A DNA stretch of 64,000 nt from NCBI GenBank assembly GCA_963771355.1, contig CAVYTA010000007.1:282423-346422 (forward strand), read 5' to 3'. This stretch comes from an uncultured Candidatus Rokubacteria bacterium. Its GTDB lineage: Bacteria > Methylomirabilota > Methylomirabilia > Rokubacteriales > CSP1-6. Below the pieces are notes generated by a model. That model saw only the letters and a program-made list of their open reading frames with translations. It did no database searches and was not told where the DNA came from. Positions 45,234 through 57,758 of this stretch are shown here, in pieces. The translations under genes and the position numbers were made by a program. The number at the start of each line of letters is the position of its first letter. Positions within the stretch are counted from its first letter, which is position 1.

Positions 45234-46664
45234 ATGGTCACCATGCTGGAGCCCGTGCGCGTCCGCTTTGCGCCCAGTCCCACCGGCCACCTCCACGTGG
45301 GCGGGGCCCGCACTGCGCTGTTCAACTGGGCCTTCGCGCGGCGCCACGGAGGCGTCTTCATCCTCCGGATCGAAGACACCGATCGCGAGCGCTCCACCCA
45401 GGAGTCTCTCGAGGGGATCCTCGACGCCCTGACGTGGCTCGGGCTCGATTGGGACGAGGGGCCGCCGACGGCCGGCTATCGGCAGACCGAGCGCAACGAT
45501 ATCTATCGCGCCCATGCCGACCGGCTGCTCGCCGAGGGCAAGGCCTATCGCTGTCGGTGCACGCCGGCCCTGCTCGATTCCCTGCGTACGGCGGCCCAGG
45601 CGCGCGGCGAGACCTTCCGCTATCCCGGCACCTGTCGTGACGCGCAGGTGCCCGCCGGCGAGCCGCACGCGCTGCGGCTCCGCATCCCGGACACCGGGCA
45701 AACCGTGGTGGAGGACGTGCTCCACGGGACGGTGGTCTTCGATCATAGCCAGCTCGACGACTGGATCATCGTGCGCACGGACGGAACGCCCACCTACAAC
45801 TTCTGCGCGGTGGTGGACGACGTGACCATGAAGATCACCCACGTGATCCGGGGCGACGACCATCTGTCCAATACGCCGAAGCAGGTGCAGTGCTATCAGG
45901 CGCTCGGCTACCCGACTCCCGTCTTCGCGCATATCCCGCTCATCCTCGGCCCCGACAAGCGCCGGCTCTCGAAGCGCCACGGAGCCAGCAGCGTGCAGGC
46001 GTTCCGCGAGGAGGGGGTTCTCACCGAGGCGCTCTTCAACTACCTGGCGCGGCTCGGCTGGTCGCACGGCGATCAGGAGGTCTTCTCGCGCGAGGACGTG
46101 GCGGCGCACTTCGATCTCGCCCACGTAGGGCAGGGGGCGGCCGTCTTCGACCGCGCCAAGCTGGAGTGGCTCAACCAGCACTGGATCAAGACGCTGCCGC
46201 CGGAGCAGGTCGTCGAGCGGCTGGTGCCGTTCCTCGAGCGGGCGGGGCTGCCGGTGCCCGCCGACCGCGCCTGGCTCGCCCGGGTGGTGATCACGCTCCG
46301 CGAGCGCGCCCGGACCCTGGTGGAGATGGCGGAGGCCGCGCGCTTCTACTTCGAGCCGCCGGCCGCGTACGATCCCGCCGCGGTGGCGAAGTTCTGGACC
46401 CCGGAGGCACCCGCGCGCTACGCCCTCCTCATCAAGCGCCTCGAGGCCGCGCCGCTCCTGGATCCCCCGGATCTCGAGGCGTTGTATCGCGGGCTGGCCG
46501 CCGAGCTGGAGCTCAAGCTCGTGGACCTCGCCCAGCTCACGCGCATCGCGCTGACCGGCCGCGCGGCCAGCCCGCCCATCTTCGAGGTGGTCGCCCTCGT
46601 GGGCCGCGACGAGACCCTCCGCCGGCTGCGCGCCGCCCAGGCCGCCGCCGAGGCGCGCCGGTGA
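45234..46664 (+). CDS. gltX: Glutamate--tRNA ligase
   Basis: HIGH motif PSPTGHLHVGGART. KMSKS variant RLSKRHG. 476 aa. Confidence 0.9.
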   Translation: MVTMLEPVRVRFAPSPTGHLHVGGARTALFNWAFARRHGGVFILRIEDTDRERSTQESLEGILDALTWLGLDWDEGPPTAGYRQTERNDIYRAHADRLLAEGKAYRCRCTPALLDSLRTAAQARGETFRYPGTCRDAQVPAGEPHALRLRIPDTGQTVVEDVLHGTVVFDHSQLDDWIIVRTDGTPTYNFCAVVDDVTMKITHVIRGDDHLSNTPKQVQCYQALGYPTPVFAHIPLILGPDKRRLSKRHGASSVQAFREEGVLTEALFNYLARLGWSHGDQEVFSREDVAAHFDLAHVGQGAAVFDRAKLEWLNQHWIKTLPPEQVVERLVPFLERAGLPVPADRAWLARVVITLRERARTLVEMAEAARFYFEPPAAYDPAAVAKFWTPEAPARYALLIKRLEAAPLLDPPDLEALYRGLAAELELKLVDLAQLTRIALTGRAASPPIFEVVALVGRDETLRRLRAAQAAAEARR

Positions 46665-47299
46665 GGCGGCTGCTGCTCGCCCGCCACGGCCAGTCCGTGT
46701 CGAATGCGGTGCGGCGCTTCCAGGGCGTGCAGGACGTGCCGCTGTCCGAGCTGGGGCGCCGGCAGGCGGAGGCGCTGGCGGGCGCGCTCCGCGGGCGCCG
46801 CATCGCCGCCGTCTACTCGAGCCCGCTGCTGCGCGCCCGCCACACCGCGGAGCTGGCCGCCGCCGCCGTCCAGGCCCCGCTCGAGTACGTGGACGATCTG
46901 CGCGAGCTCTCACTGGGCGAGTGGGAAGGCTGCACGGTGGAGGAGGTCCAGGCCCGGCCCGGCAATCCCTACGCGTGCTGGGTGCGCGACCCGGTGGGAT
47001 CGCTCCCGCCCGGCTCGGAGCCCCTGGCCGCCGTGCAGGCGCGCGTGGTCCGTGCCCTCGCCGACATCGAGCGCGCGCATCCCAACGGGGACGACGTGCT
47101 GGTGGTCTGCCACGGCGGGGTGATCAGCGCCTATCTCGCGCACTGCCTGGGGCTGCCGCTGTCGTCCATCTGGCGCCTCACGCTCTCGAACTGCTCCATC
47201 ACCGAGCTGGCGCCGCCGCGCCTGCTCTCGATGAACGTCACCGCGCACCTGGCGGAGGTCGCGGCGCCGCTGAGCGGCTTCCCGACGCTGTCCCCATGA
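46661..47299 (+). CDS. Histidine phosphatase family protein (phosphoglycerate-mutase-like)
   Basis: GTG overlaps the gltX stop (GTGA). LLLARHGQSVSN catalytic RHG motif. ...VVCHGGVI second His. Confidence 0.7.
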   Translation: MRRLLLARHGQSVSNAVRRFQGVQDVPLSELGRRQAEALAGALRGRRIAAVYSSPLLRARHTAELAAAAVQAPLEYVDDLRELSLGEWEGCTVEEVQARPGNPYACWVRDPVGSLPPGSEPLAAVQARVVRALADIERAHPNGDDVLVVCHGGVISAYLAHCLGLPLSSIWRLTLSNCSITELAPPRLLSMNVTAHLAEVAAPLSGFPTLSP

Positions 47300-47309
47300 G
47301 GGGGCGGCC

Positions 47310-48914
47310 GTGACCGTCCTCTCGCTGCTCGGCGGCCTCGCGCTGCTCCTCTATGGCATGCAGCTGTCCGGCGAAGGGCTGCAGCGCGCGGCGGGCGGGC
47401 ACCTGCGCCACCTGCTCACCAGCATGACGCGGACCCGCCTCTCCGCGGTAGGGGCGGGGGCCCTGGTGACCGCCCTCATCCAGTCCTCCTCCGCGACCAC
47501 GCTGATGCTCATCGGCTTCGTCTCGGCCGGCCTGATGACCTTCCGCCAGTCCCTCGGCATCATCCTCGGCGCCGACATCGGCACCACCCTCACCGTGCAG
47601 CTGCTCGCCTTCAACATCCGCGACCTCGCCCTCCTGCTGGTCGCGCTGGGCTTCGCCATGTCCTTCTTCGGGCGGCGGGGCCTCGTCAAGAACATCGGCC
47701 ACGCCGTGCTCGGCTTCGGCTTCCTCTTCCTCGGCATGCGGCTCATGACGGACGGCATCGCCCCCATGGCCGAGCACCCGCTGGCCCGTCAGGTCCTGGT
47801 GGCCTTCGCGTCGAATCCGCCGGTGGGGGCGCTGGCCGGCGCGCTGCTGAGCGCGGGCATGGCCTCCTCCGCCGCCACCATCGGGGTCCTCCTCTCCCTC
47901 GCCCATCAGGGATTGCTCCCCCTGGAGGGCGCGCTGCCGGTGGTGCTGGGCGCCAATGTCGGGACGTGCGCGATCGCGCTGGCGGCGAGCATGCGCTCGA
48001 CGGCGGATGCCCGCCGGGTGGCGGTGGCCCACATCGCCTTCAAGGTGCTCGGGGTGGCGCTCGTCTTCCCCTTCATCCAGGCGCTGACCGCGATGGTGGC
48101 CCAGACCGCCGCCGATCCGGCCCGGCAGATCGCCAATGCGCACACGCTGTTCAACGTGGCCATCAGCGCGCTCTTCCTGCCCTTCGCGCCCCTGGCCGCG
48201 CGCGCCATCACCGCGCTGGTACCCGAGCAGGAGCGCGGCGACAACCCGTTCAAGACGCGCTACCTCGACGACCGGTACCTCGATCAGCCGTCCCTTGCCC
48301 TCGGCCAGGCCACCCGCGAGGCCCTCCGCATGGGGGACGTGGCGCAGAGCATGCTGCGCGACGCGCTGGTGGTCCTCCGTCGTGACGACCCGGAGCTCCT
48401 CGAGGAGGTCGAGCGCCGCGACGATCAGCTCGACTACCTCGAGCGCCAGATCAAGATCTTCCTGGCCCGCCTCGGCCGCGAGACCATGAGCTCGGACATG
48501 GCCGCCCGCGAGATCGCGCTCATCTCCTTCATCGGGAATCTAGAAAATATCGGCGACATCGTGGACAAGAACCTGATGGAGCTGGCGCGGAAGAAGCTCT
48601 ACCAGGGCCGGCGCTTCTCGGAGGCGGGCGAGCTCGAGCTGACGGAGTTCCACGAGATGGTGTCCAAGAATCTCGAGCGCGCCATCGCCGCCTTCGCCTC
48701 CGCCGACCGCGCGCTGGCCCAGGAGGTGCTCGACCATCGGCCGCTCATCCGGCAGCGGGAGCGCGAGCTGCGCGAGTCGCATCTCTCCCGGCTGCGGCGC
48801 GGGCTCGCGGAGTCGCTGGAGACCTCGGAGATCCACCTCGACGTCCTCACCAACCTCAAGCGCATCTCCTCGCACGCCACCGCCCTGGTCTTCCCCATTC
48901 TCGAAGAGGAGTGA
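47310..48914 (+). CDS. Na+/phosphate cotransporter family protein (NptA-like) with C-terminal PhoU-like domains
   Basis: 534 aa. Two Na/Pi-cotransporter repeats (LLGGLALLLYGMQL...GADIGTTLTV and SLAHQGLLPL...GANVGTCAIAL). C-terminal helical PhoU-like repeats. Confidence 0.7.
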   Translation: MTVLSLLGGLALLLYGMQLSGEGLQRAAGGHLRHLLTSMTRTRLSAVGAGALVTALIQSSSATTLMLIGFVSAGLMTFRQSLGIILGADIGTTLTVQLLAFNIRDLALLLVALGFAMSFFGRRGLVKNIGHAVLGFGFLFLGMRLMTDGIAPMAEHPLARQVLVAFASNPPVGALAGALLSAGMASSAATIGVLLSLAHQGLLPLEGALPVVLGANVGTCAIALAASMRSTADARRVAVAHIAFKVLGVALVFPFIQALTAMVAQTAADPARQIANAHTLFNVAISALFLPFAPLAARAITALVPEQERGDNPFKTRYLDDRYLDQPSLALGQATREALRMGDVAQSMLRDALVVLRRDDPELLEEVERRDDQLDYLERQIKIFLARLGRETMSSDMAAREIALISFIGNLENIGDIVDKNLMELARKKLYQGRRFSEAGELELTEFHEMVSKNLERAIAAFASADRALAQEVLDHRPLIRQRERELRESHLSRLRRGLAESLETSEIHLDVLTNLKRISSHATALVFPILEEE

Positions 48915-48918
48915 GGCG

Positions 48919-50750
<1,832 letters not shown>

Positions 50751-50857
50751 CGGGTTTGACCATTACCATCATCAACATGCCTTTGGCATGTTGACCGTGG
50801 CCCGATCGGATAGGGCGACCCGCGGCGTGCGCGTTACCGACGGCTGGCGACCGGCTG

Positions 50858-53800
50858 ATGGTTGATCTCCTTCGCGCGGCGCCGCGTGATCGGAAGGCCC
50901 TCGCCGAGCTCCGGCGGCGGGGCTTCACGGAGCCGGGGACGGCGCTGGCGAACCTGCACGGGCTGGCGCCCTCCCCCGCCGAGGGCGCGCTGCTGGAGCC
51001 ACTGCTGCCGCGCCTGCTGGCGGAGCTGGCGGCGGCGCCGGACCCGGACATGGCGCTGAACAACCTCGAGCGCCTCGCCGCCCAGGGCGACCGCGCCGCG
51101 CTCCTCCGCACCCTGGGCGGCCACCCGGGCGCCATCCATCTCCTCGCGCGTCTCGGCGGGACCAGCCAGTTCCTCGCCGACACCCTGCGGCGCTATCCGC
51201 AGCTCCTCGCCTGGCTGCTCGAGCCGAGCATCATGCGGCAGTGGCTCGCCGATGATTTCGAGGCCGAGCTCACCGCCAGCCTCGCCCCGTTCACGCGCCG
51301 CGAGGCGCGCTGGAACGCGCTCCGCCGCTTCAAGTACCGGCAGCTCCTGCGCATCGGCAGCCGCGACATCCTGGGCGACGCCGATCTCACCGTCACCACC
51401 GAGGAGCTCTCGCGCCTCGCCGACGTCTGCCTGGCCGCCGCCTGCCGCTGGGCCGAGGAGGCCCTCGAGCCGCGCTACGGCGTCCCCCTCGCGCCCGACG
51501 GCACGCGCACGGGGTTCGCCGTGATCGGCATGGGCAAGCTGGGGGGCGACGAGCTCAACTATTCCTCCGACATCGACCTCATCTTCGTCTACGGCGACGA
51601 CGGCGAGACCAGCGGCGGGAGCGAGGGGCCGGTGCCCAACGGCCACTACTTCGCGGAAGCGGCCAAGGCGGTGGTGGCGGCGGTGGAGTCGATGACCGAC
51701 GAGGGCTATGCCTTCCGCGTGGACCTGCGGCTCCGCCCCGAGGGCCGCTCGGGCGCCCTCATCCTGTCGCTGGAGGGCTATCGCGCCTACTTCGCCGATC
51801 GCGCCGAGCTGTGGGAGCGTCAGGCCCTCATCAAGGCGCGCCTCGCCGCGGGGGATGGCGCGGTGGCGGCTCGCTTCTTCCAGCTGGTCCGGCCCTTCGT
51901 GTTCCGGCCCGGCCTCGACGAGGCCATCGTCGCCGACGTCCGCCGCATGAAGCAGGAGATCGACCGGGCGCAGCGGGCCAAGGGCGCCGAGCGGCGCAAC
52001 GTGAAGCTCGGACGCGGCGGGATCCGCGAGGTGGAGTTCCTGGCCCAGGCGCTGCAGCTGCTCTACGCGGGCGACGACCCGTGGCTGCGCGGCGGGAACA
52101 CGCTGCGCACCCTGTTCCGTCTCACCGAGCGCGGCTATCTGTCCCCGGGGCAGGGCCGTATGCTGGGGGACGCCCTGGTCTTCCTCCGAAATGTGGAGCA
52201 TCGGCTGCAGATTCTCCACGAGTTCCAGACCCACACGTTGCCCGAGGACCCGCGCGCGCTGGGCCTGCTCGCCCGCCGCATGGGGGTCGCGCTCCCGCCG
52301 GACGCCGCCCGGCGGCGCTTCCTCGCCGAGTACCGGCGGGTCACCAACGGCGTCCACGCGGCCTTCCGCGAGTTCTTCGAGGCGCGCGCGATCCCGCGCG
52401 GAGTGACGCCGCCCCGCATTCCCACCTTCACCGCGCTCAAGGCCACCGGCTTCGCCGATCCCGACCGCGCGCGGCAGAACCTTCGCCTGGTGCTGGAGGG
52501 CCGGCCGCTCCTGCCGTACCCCGCGCGGGCGGGCGCGGCGCTGGCCCGGATGCTGCCGGTGCTGCTCGACGCGCTCTGGCAGAGCCCGGATCCGGACGAG
52601 GCCCTCAACCAGTTCGAGCGCTTCGTGTCCGCGGCGGGCCCGCGCACCGCCTGGCTCGAGCTCCTCGCCGACCATCCCGCGCTGCTCACCAACCTGGTCC
52701 GGCTCTGCGCGCGGGGCGAGCTTGTCACCCAGATGCTCCTCACCCAGCCGGAGCTGCTGGGCGGCCTCGCGGACCCCGCCACCTTCGCCGCGCAGAAGAC
52801 GGGGCGGGAGTTCCGGGCCGCGCTGGCCCCCGTGCTCGCTCCCGCGACGCTCCCCGAACGAAAAGACCTCCTGCGCCGGCTCAAGGGGGCGGAGGAGCTG
52901 CGCGCGACCTGGCGCATGCTGCTCGGCGTGACGGACGCCGAGCGCTTCTCGACCGAGCTCACCGCGCTGGCCCAGGCCGCGCTGGCCACCGCGTGGCTGA
53001 TGGCGGTAACGGACGAGGCACGGCGGCACGGCGTGCCGCGCGACGCGGCCGGCCGCTTCATCGACGCGGTGATCGTGGGGGTGGGGAAGCTCGGCGGCCG
53101 CGAGCTCACCACCGGATCCGACCTCGACCTCTTCGTGATCTTCGACCGGGACGGCATGACCGACGGCGCCCTGCCCATCGAGGCCGCCGTCTTCTATCAT
53201 CAGGCGGTGGAGATGCTCCAATCGCTCCTGGGCGACATCACCGCGGCGGGCATCGTCTTCCCGGTGGACCTGCGGCTCCGACCCGGCTCCAAGGGCAGCA
53301 CCTTCGCGGCCAGCGTCGACTCCATGGCGCAGTATTATCGCGAGTGGGCCGACCCCTGGGAGCGACAGACGCTCACGCGGGCCCGGCTGGTCGCGGGGGA
53401 CCCCGGCGTGGGCCGCCGGGTGCGCCGCCTCGTGAGCGAGCTGCTCTACGGGCCGACGGCGGCGGCGCCTGATCTCAAGGAGATGCGCATGTTGCGCGAG
53501 CGGATGGAGAAGGAGCTGGGCAAGGAGACCCCCGGGCTCTATCACGTGAAGTTCGGCCGGGGAGGCCTGGTGGACGTGGAGTTCATCACCCAGGCGATCC
53601 AGCTGGTCCATGGCCGGCGCCACCCCGGGATCCGGCGGCCGAACACGCTGCAGGCCATCCGGGCCATCGGCGCCGCCGGGCTCCTGCCCGCCGAGGACGT
53701 CGCCGCCCTGGCCGAGCAGTATCGCTTCCTCCGCCGCGTGTCGGCGAGCCTGCGCCTGTTCGGCGTGCGGCCGTCGGACACGCTCGAGCTGGCGGGTCCG

Positions 53801-53917
53801 TTCCCCGCGCGCGTGGCGAAGAGCCTCGACTATCCGTCGCGGAAGGACTTCCTCGAGGACTACCGGAAGCGCACCGCGTGGGTGCGCGCGCTGTGGAGCC
53901 GCGTGGTGCCGGCATGA
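50858..53917 (+). CDS. glnE: Bifunctional glutamine synthetase adenylyltransferase / adenylyl-removing enzyme
   Basis: 1019 aa. Two nucleotidyltransferase domains (GMGKLGGDELNYSSDIDLIFVY and GVGKLGGRELTTGSDLDLFVIF), each followed by a GlnE-type helical domain (HVKFGRGGLVDVEFITQ). Adjacent to glnB. Confidence 0.85.
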   Translation: MVDLLRAAPRDRKALAELRRRGFTEPGTALANLHGLAPSPAEGALLEPLLPRLLAELAAAPDPDMALNNLERLAAQGDRAALLRTLGGHPGAIHLLARLGGTSQFLADTLRRYPQLLAWLLEPSIMRQWLADDFEAELTASLAPFTRREARWNALRRFKYRQLLRIGSRDILGDADLTVTTEELSRLADVCLAAACRWAEEALEPRYGVPLAPDGTRTGFAVIGMGKLGGDELNYSSDIDLIFVYGDDGETSGGSEGPVPNGHYFAEAAKAVVAAVESMTDEGYAFRVDLRLRPEGRSGALILSLEGYRAYFADRAELWERQALIKARLAAGDGAVAARFFQLVRPFVFRPGLDEAIVADVRRMKQEIDRAQRAKGAERRNVKLGRGGIREVEFLAQALQLLYAGDDPWLRGGNTLRTLFRLTERGYLSPGQGRMLGDALVFLRNVEHRLQILHEFQTHTLPEDPRALGLLARRMGVALPPDAARRRFLAEYRRVTNGVHAAFREFFEARAIPRGVTPPRIPTFTALKATGFADPDRARQNLRLVLEGRPLLPYPARAGAALARMLPVLLDALWQSPDPDEALNQFERFVSAAGPRTAWLELLADHPALLTNLVRLCARGELVTQMLLTQPELLGGLADPATFAAQKTGREFRAALAPVLAPATLPERKDLLRRLKGAEELRATWRMLLGVTDAERFSTELTALAQAALATAWLMAVTDEARRHGVPRDAAGRFIDAVIVGVGKLGGRELTTGSDLDLFVIFDRDGMTDGALPIEAAVFYHQAVEMLQSLLGDITAAGIVFPVDLRLRPGSKGSTFAASVDSMAQYYREWADPWERQTLTRARLVAGDPGVGRRVRRLVSELLYGPTAAAPDLKEMRMLRERMEKELGKETPGLYHVKFGRGGLVDVEFITQAIQLVHGRRHPGIRRPNTLQAIRAIGAAGLLPAEDVAALAEQYRFLRRVSASLRLFGVRPSDTLELAGPFPARVAKSLDYPSRKDFLEDYRKRTAWVRALWSRVVPA

Positions 53918-56900
53918 GCCCGCGCCTCTTCATCCTCGACGGGCCCGGGTTCCTCTTCCGCGCCTATCACGCGCTGCCGTATCTCTCCACGTCGCGTGGC
54001 ATGCCGGTGAACGCGATACTGGGCATGTCCACCATGCTGTGGAAGCTGCTCCGGGAAGAGCAGCCGGACTACTTCGCGGTGGCGTGGGACCCGCCCGGCC
54101 CGACCTTTCGAGATGAGAAATTCGCCGCCTACAAGGAGACGCGCGCGGCCACGCCGGACGACCTGCGGCGCCAGATCCCCGTGGTCATGCAGCTGTTCGA
54201 GGCCCTTCGGCTGCCCCTGCTCGAGGTGCCGGGCTTCGAGGCCGACGACGTGCTGGGCACCGTGGTGGACCGGGCCCGCGCGCAGGATCTCGACGTGGTG
54301 CTCGTCACCAGCGACAAGGACATGCTCCAGCTCGTCGGGCCGCGGGTGCGCGTGCTCGCGCCGGGCGCGCGCGCGGGCGAGCAGGTCCTCTACGACGCGG
54401 ACAAGGTCCGCGAGAAGTGGGGCGTGGGGCCCGAGCAGATTCCTGATCTCCTCGCGCTGATGGGCGACTCCATCGACAATATCCCCGGCGTGCCCGGCGT
54501 GGGCCAGAAGACCGCGGTCAAGCTCATCGGCCAGTTCGGCTCGGTGGACGGGCTCTACGACCACCTCACCCTCGTGCCCGGCAAGCTGCGCGAGACGCTG
54601 GCCGCCAATCGCAAGCAGGCGCTGCTCTCGCGCGAGCTGGCCACCGTGAGCACCCGCGTGCCTCTGCCCGAGGATCTCGAGGGCCTGCGGCGCCAGGAGC
54701 CGGACTGGGAGCGCCTGCGCGCGCTGTGGACCGAGCTCGAGCTGCGCACCTTGCTCCGCCAGCTCCCGGAGCAGCCCGGCGCGCCGGTGGAGATGGCGGA
54801 CGAGCTGCCCGTCGACAGCCCCGAGGCCCTGGCCGCCTTTCTGGCCAAGGTTCCCGCGGGCGAGCCGCTCGCGGTGGACTGGATGGGGGAGGGAGGGCCG
54901 CCGAGTCCCGAGGTCACGCGCGTGGGCCTGCATCACCCGGCCGCCGGCGACGTGCTCGTGGCCGCGGAGACCCTCGGGCCGCTGGCCGGCCGCACCCTCA
55001 TCGGGCACGACCTGAAGCCCCTGCTGGAGTGGTGGCTCGCGCGCGGGGAGCCGGCCCCTCCGGTGGAGGACACCGCGGTGGCCGCGTACCTCCTCAACTC
55101 GGCGCGCAGCAACTACAAGCTCGAGGAAGTGTGCGCCGAGCACCTGGGCGAGGGGCCGGGGCTCGCGCGCCCGGGCGGCCGGGCGCGCTGGGTGTGGCAG
55201 CTCTGGGAGCAGGAGGCGCGCGAGCTGCGGGAGGCCACCCTCCGCGCGCTCTACGACGAGATCGAGCGCCCCCTCATCCCCGTCCTCGCCTCCATGGAGC
55301 GCCACGGCGTCACCGTGGATCCCGCCCGCCTCGCCGAGTTCTCGAAGGAGCTGGATCGCAGCCTCGGCAACCTGACGGGGGAGATCTACACGCTCGCCGG
55401 CGAGCAGTTCAACCTGGGCTCGCCCAAGCAGCTCGCCACCATCCTCTTCGAGAAGCTGCGGCTGCCGCCGGTGCGGAAGACCAAGACCGGCTACTCCACC
55501 GACGCCGACGTGCTCGAGCAGCTCGCGCTGAGCCACGCGCTGCCCGCCAAGATCATCGAGCACCGCACGCTGGCCAAGCTCAAGTCGACCTACGCGGACG
55601 CGCTGCCCCTCATGATCAACGCCGAGACCGGGCGCATCCACACGTCGCTGAACCAGCTCGTGGCGGCGACGGGGCGGCTCTCCTGCCTGCCCGCGGGCAC
55701 GCTGGTCAATACCCGGAGAGGGCTGGTCGGAATCGAGACGGTGCGACCCGGTGAGCACATCCATACCTCACGCGGCATGCAGATCGTCCAGGCCTCGGAG
55801 TGCACGGGAGTGAAGCCGGTCGTCGCCCTCCACCTGTCCAACGGGACGATCTTTCGATGCAGTCCGGAACACCGGCTCCGGAGCAAGGGGGTCTGGAAGA
55901 CCGCCGAAGAGATCGGGGCCGGAGACCCGCTCTACATGACGTTTCGCGAAGGCATGTTCGGGGATCGCCTCCGGCTCGACGTGGCGCGGACCGCCGACTA
56001 TGAAACGCGGAAGTCTCCTCGAATTCCGGCGGAATGGTCGGTGGAGCTCGCCGAGCTGGTCGGCTATGCGATGGCGGACGGCCACATCGCCCGGAGCAAC
56101 TACAACGGTAAGCCGGCCAAGCTCGTTCTCGCGTTCGGGTGGGATGAAGACGCGCTCGAGCAGCGGATGGCCCAGCACATCGTCAAGCTCTTCGGCAAGG
56201 AGCCTACCTTCAGGGTCACTCGCACCTGCCCGGTTCTGGAAGTGTCCGGCGTGGACATCGGGGGCTTCATCGAGCAGATAGGCGCGGGCGGGTTGTCGGG
56301 TGCGCTGAGAGTGCCGCCGTCCTTGTTCCAGGCTCCGAAAGGGCGTGGTGGCGCGCATTTCTTCGAGGATACTTCGAGGGGGATGGCTCCGCTGATCCAC
56401 TGAGTGTTCGATCCGTCTCGAGGGGGATGCTGGAGGATGTCCACTACCTCCTGACGCTGTTCGGCATTCCGAGCCGCATTCGAGAGGGAGAGCTCGATCC
56501 TCGAGGCTACGCGCCGCGCCACACGCTCAGGATTCTGGGAGATCGCTCCAAGCGGACATTCCTCGGGAGTATCGGGTTCCTGAGCTCGAGGAAGATCGAG
56601 CGACTCGCGGAGTTCGCGAATCGACCGAAGGCGAAGAGCAAGAGTGAGCTGCTCACGCTCAGAGATCCGGCCGACGTTCTGGACCTCATGCCGACCATCT
56701 TCGAAGCCGCACGCTCATCCGATGGAGGAGTGTCGCCGTCACTCTATCAGTTTGCCCACACGTTCGCGGCGGGGCGCACGACGATCACGCTGGGCCGGGC
56801 CGAGCAGATCCGGCGAGCAATCCGGCTACGAGTATCGACTCCACCGGCCTATCTCGCCGAGATCGTCGGCAGTCAGTACTTCGAGGTTCACGTCGAGCGT

Positions 56901-57758
56901 GTCGAGTTCGAGGCGTCGGTACCGATGTACGACATCGCAGTGTCCGGTGAACAATACATGGCGCAGGGCATCGTCGTGCACAATTCCGCCCTGCCCAATT
57001 TACAAAACATACCCGTGCGCACCGAGCTGGGCCGGCGCATCCGCGCCGCGTTCGTGCCCGCGCCGGGCTGGCGCTTCGTGGCCGCGGACTACTCGCAGAT
57101 CGAGCTGCGCCTGCTCGCCCACGTCTCCGGCGAGGAGAGCCTGGTGGAGGCCTTCCGGAACGGCGAGGACATTCATCGGCGCACGGCCGCGGAGGTGTTC
57201 GGCGTACCGCTCGCGGAGGTGACGTCCACCCAGCGCGACGCCGCCAAGACCACCAACTTCTCCGTGATCTACGGGGTCACCGCCTTCGGGCTCGCCCGCG
57301 GGCTCGGCATCTCCTCCCGCGAGGCGCAGGACTTCCTCGACCGCTTCTTCGCGCGGCACCCCAAGGTGCGGGCGTACCTCGACGCCACCGTCAAGGAAGG
57401 GCGCAGCAAGGGCTTCGTGCAGACGCTCTTCGGCCGGCGGCGGTACCTGCCCGAGCTGCGGAGCGGCAACCCCAACCTGCGCGGCTTCGCGGAGCGGATG
57501 GCCACGAACGCTCCCATCCAGGGCACCGCCGCCGACCTCATCAAGATCGCCATGATCCGGATGGCGCGGGCGCTGGAGGCGGGGCGCTTCGCGACCCGCA
57601 TGCTGCTCCAGGTGCACGACGAGCTGCTCTTCGAGGCGCCGCCGGACGAGGAGAAGCGCCTCGAGGCGCTCGCCGCCGAGGTGATGGAGGGCGCGATGAC
57701 GCTGGACGTCCCCCTCAAGGTGGACGTCAAGGTCGGGGCCGACTGGGCCGAGGTGTGA
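53914..57758 (+). CDS. polA: DNA polymerase I, interrupted by an intein; intein coding region contains a -1 frameshift and a premature TGA
   Basis: ATG 53914 overlaps the glnE stop (ATGA). 5-prime nuclease domain LFILDGPGFLFRAYHAL. Polymerase domain runs ...RIHTSLNQLVAATGRLS, then an intein, then SALPNLQNIPVRTELGRRIRAAFV...DYSQIELRLLAHVSGE (motif A)...QVHDELLFE (motif C). Upstream part is in the frame of 53914 to the TGA at 56401-56403. Downstream part is in the frame of ORF 56427..57758. Confidence 0.8.
55684..56984 (+). mobile_element. Intein with LAGLIDADG homing-endonuclease domain inserted in polA (frameshifted)
   Basis: Begins CLPAGTLV (block A, Cys1). TxxH-like SPEH (block B). First LAGLIDADG motif LVGYAMADGHI. 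The second LAGLIDADG motif, FLRGYFEGDGS, is readable only in the -1 frame upstream of the TGA. Ends GIVVHN, followed by the extein Ser. Length is 1301 nt; 1302 nt would be in frame. Confidence 0.75.

Noticed and set aside
50757-50800. Two TTGACC hexamers upstream of glnE as a sigma-70 promoter
   Set aside because: No convincing -10 hexamer at 16-18 nt spacing from either copy. Only the palindrome is reported.
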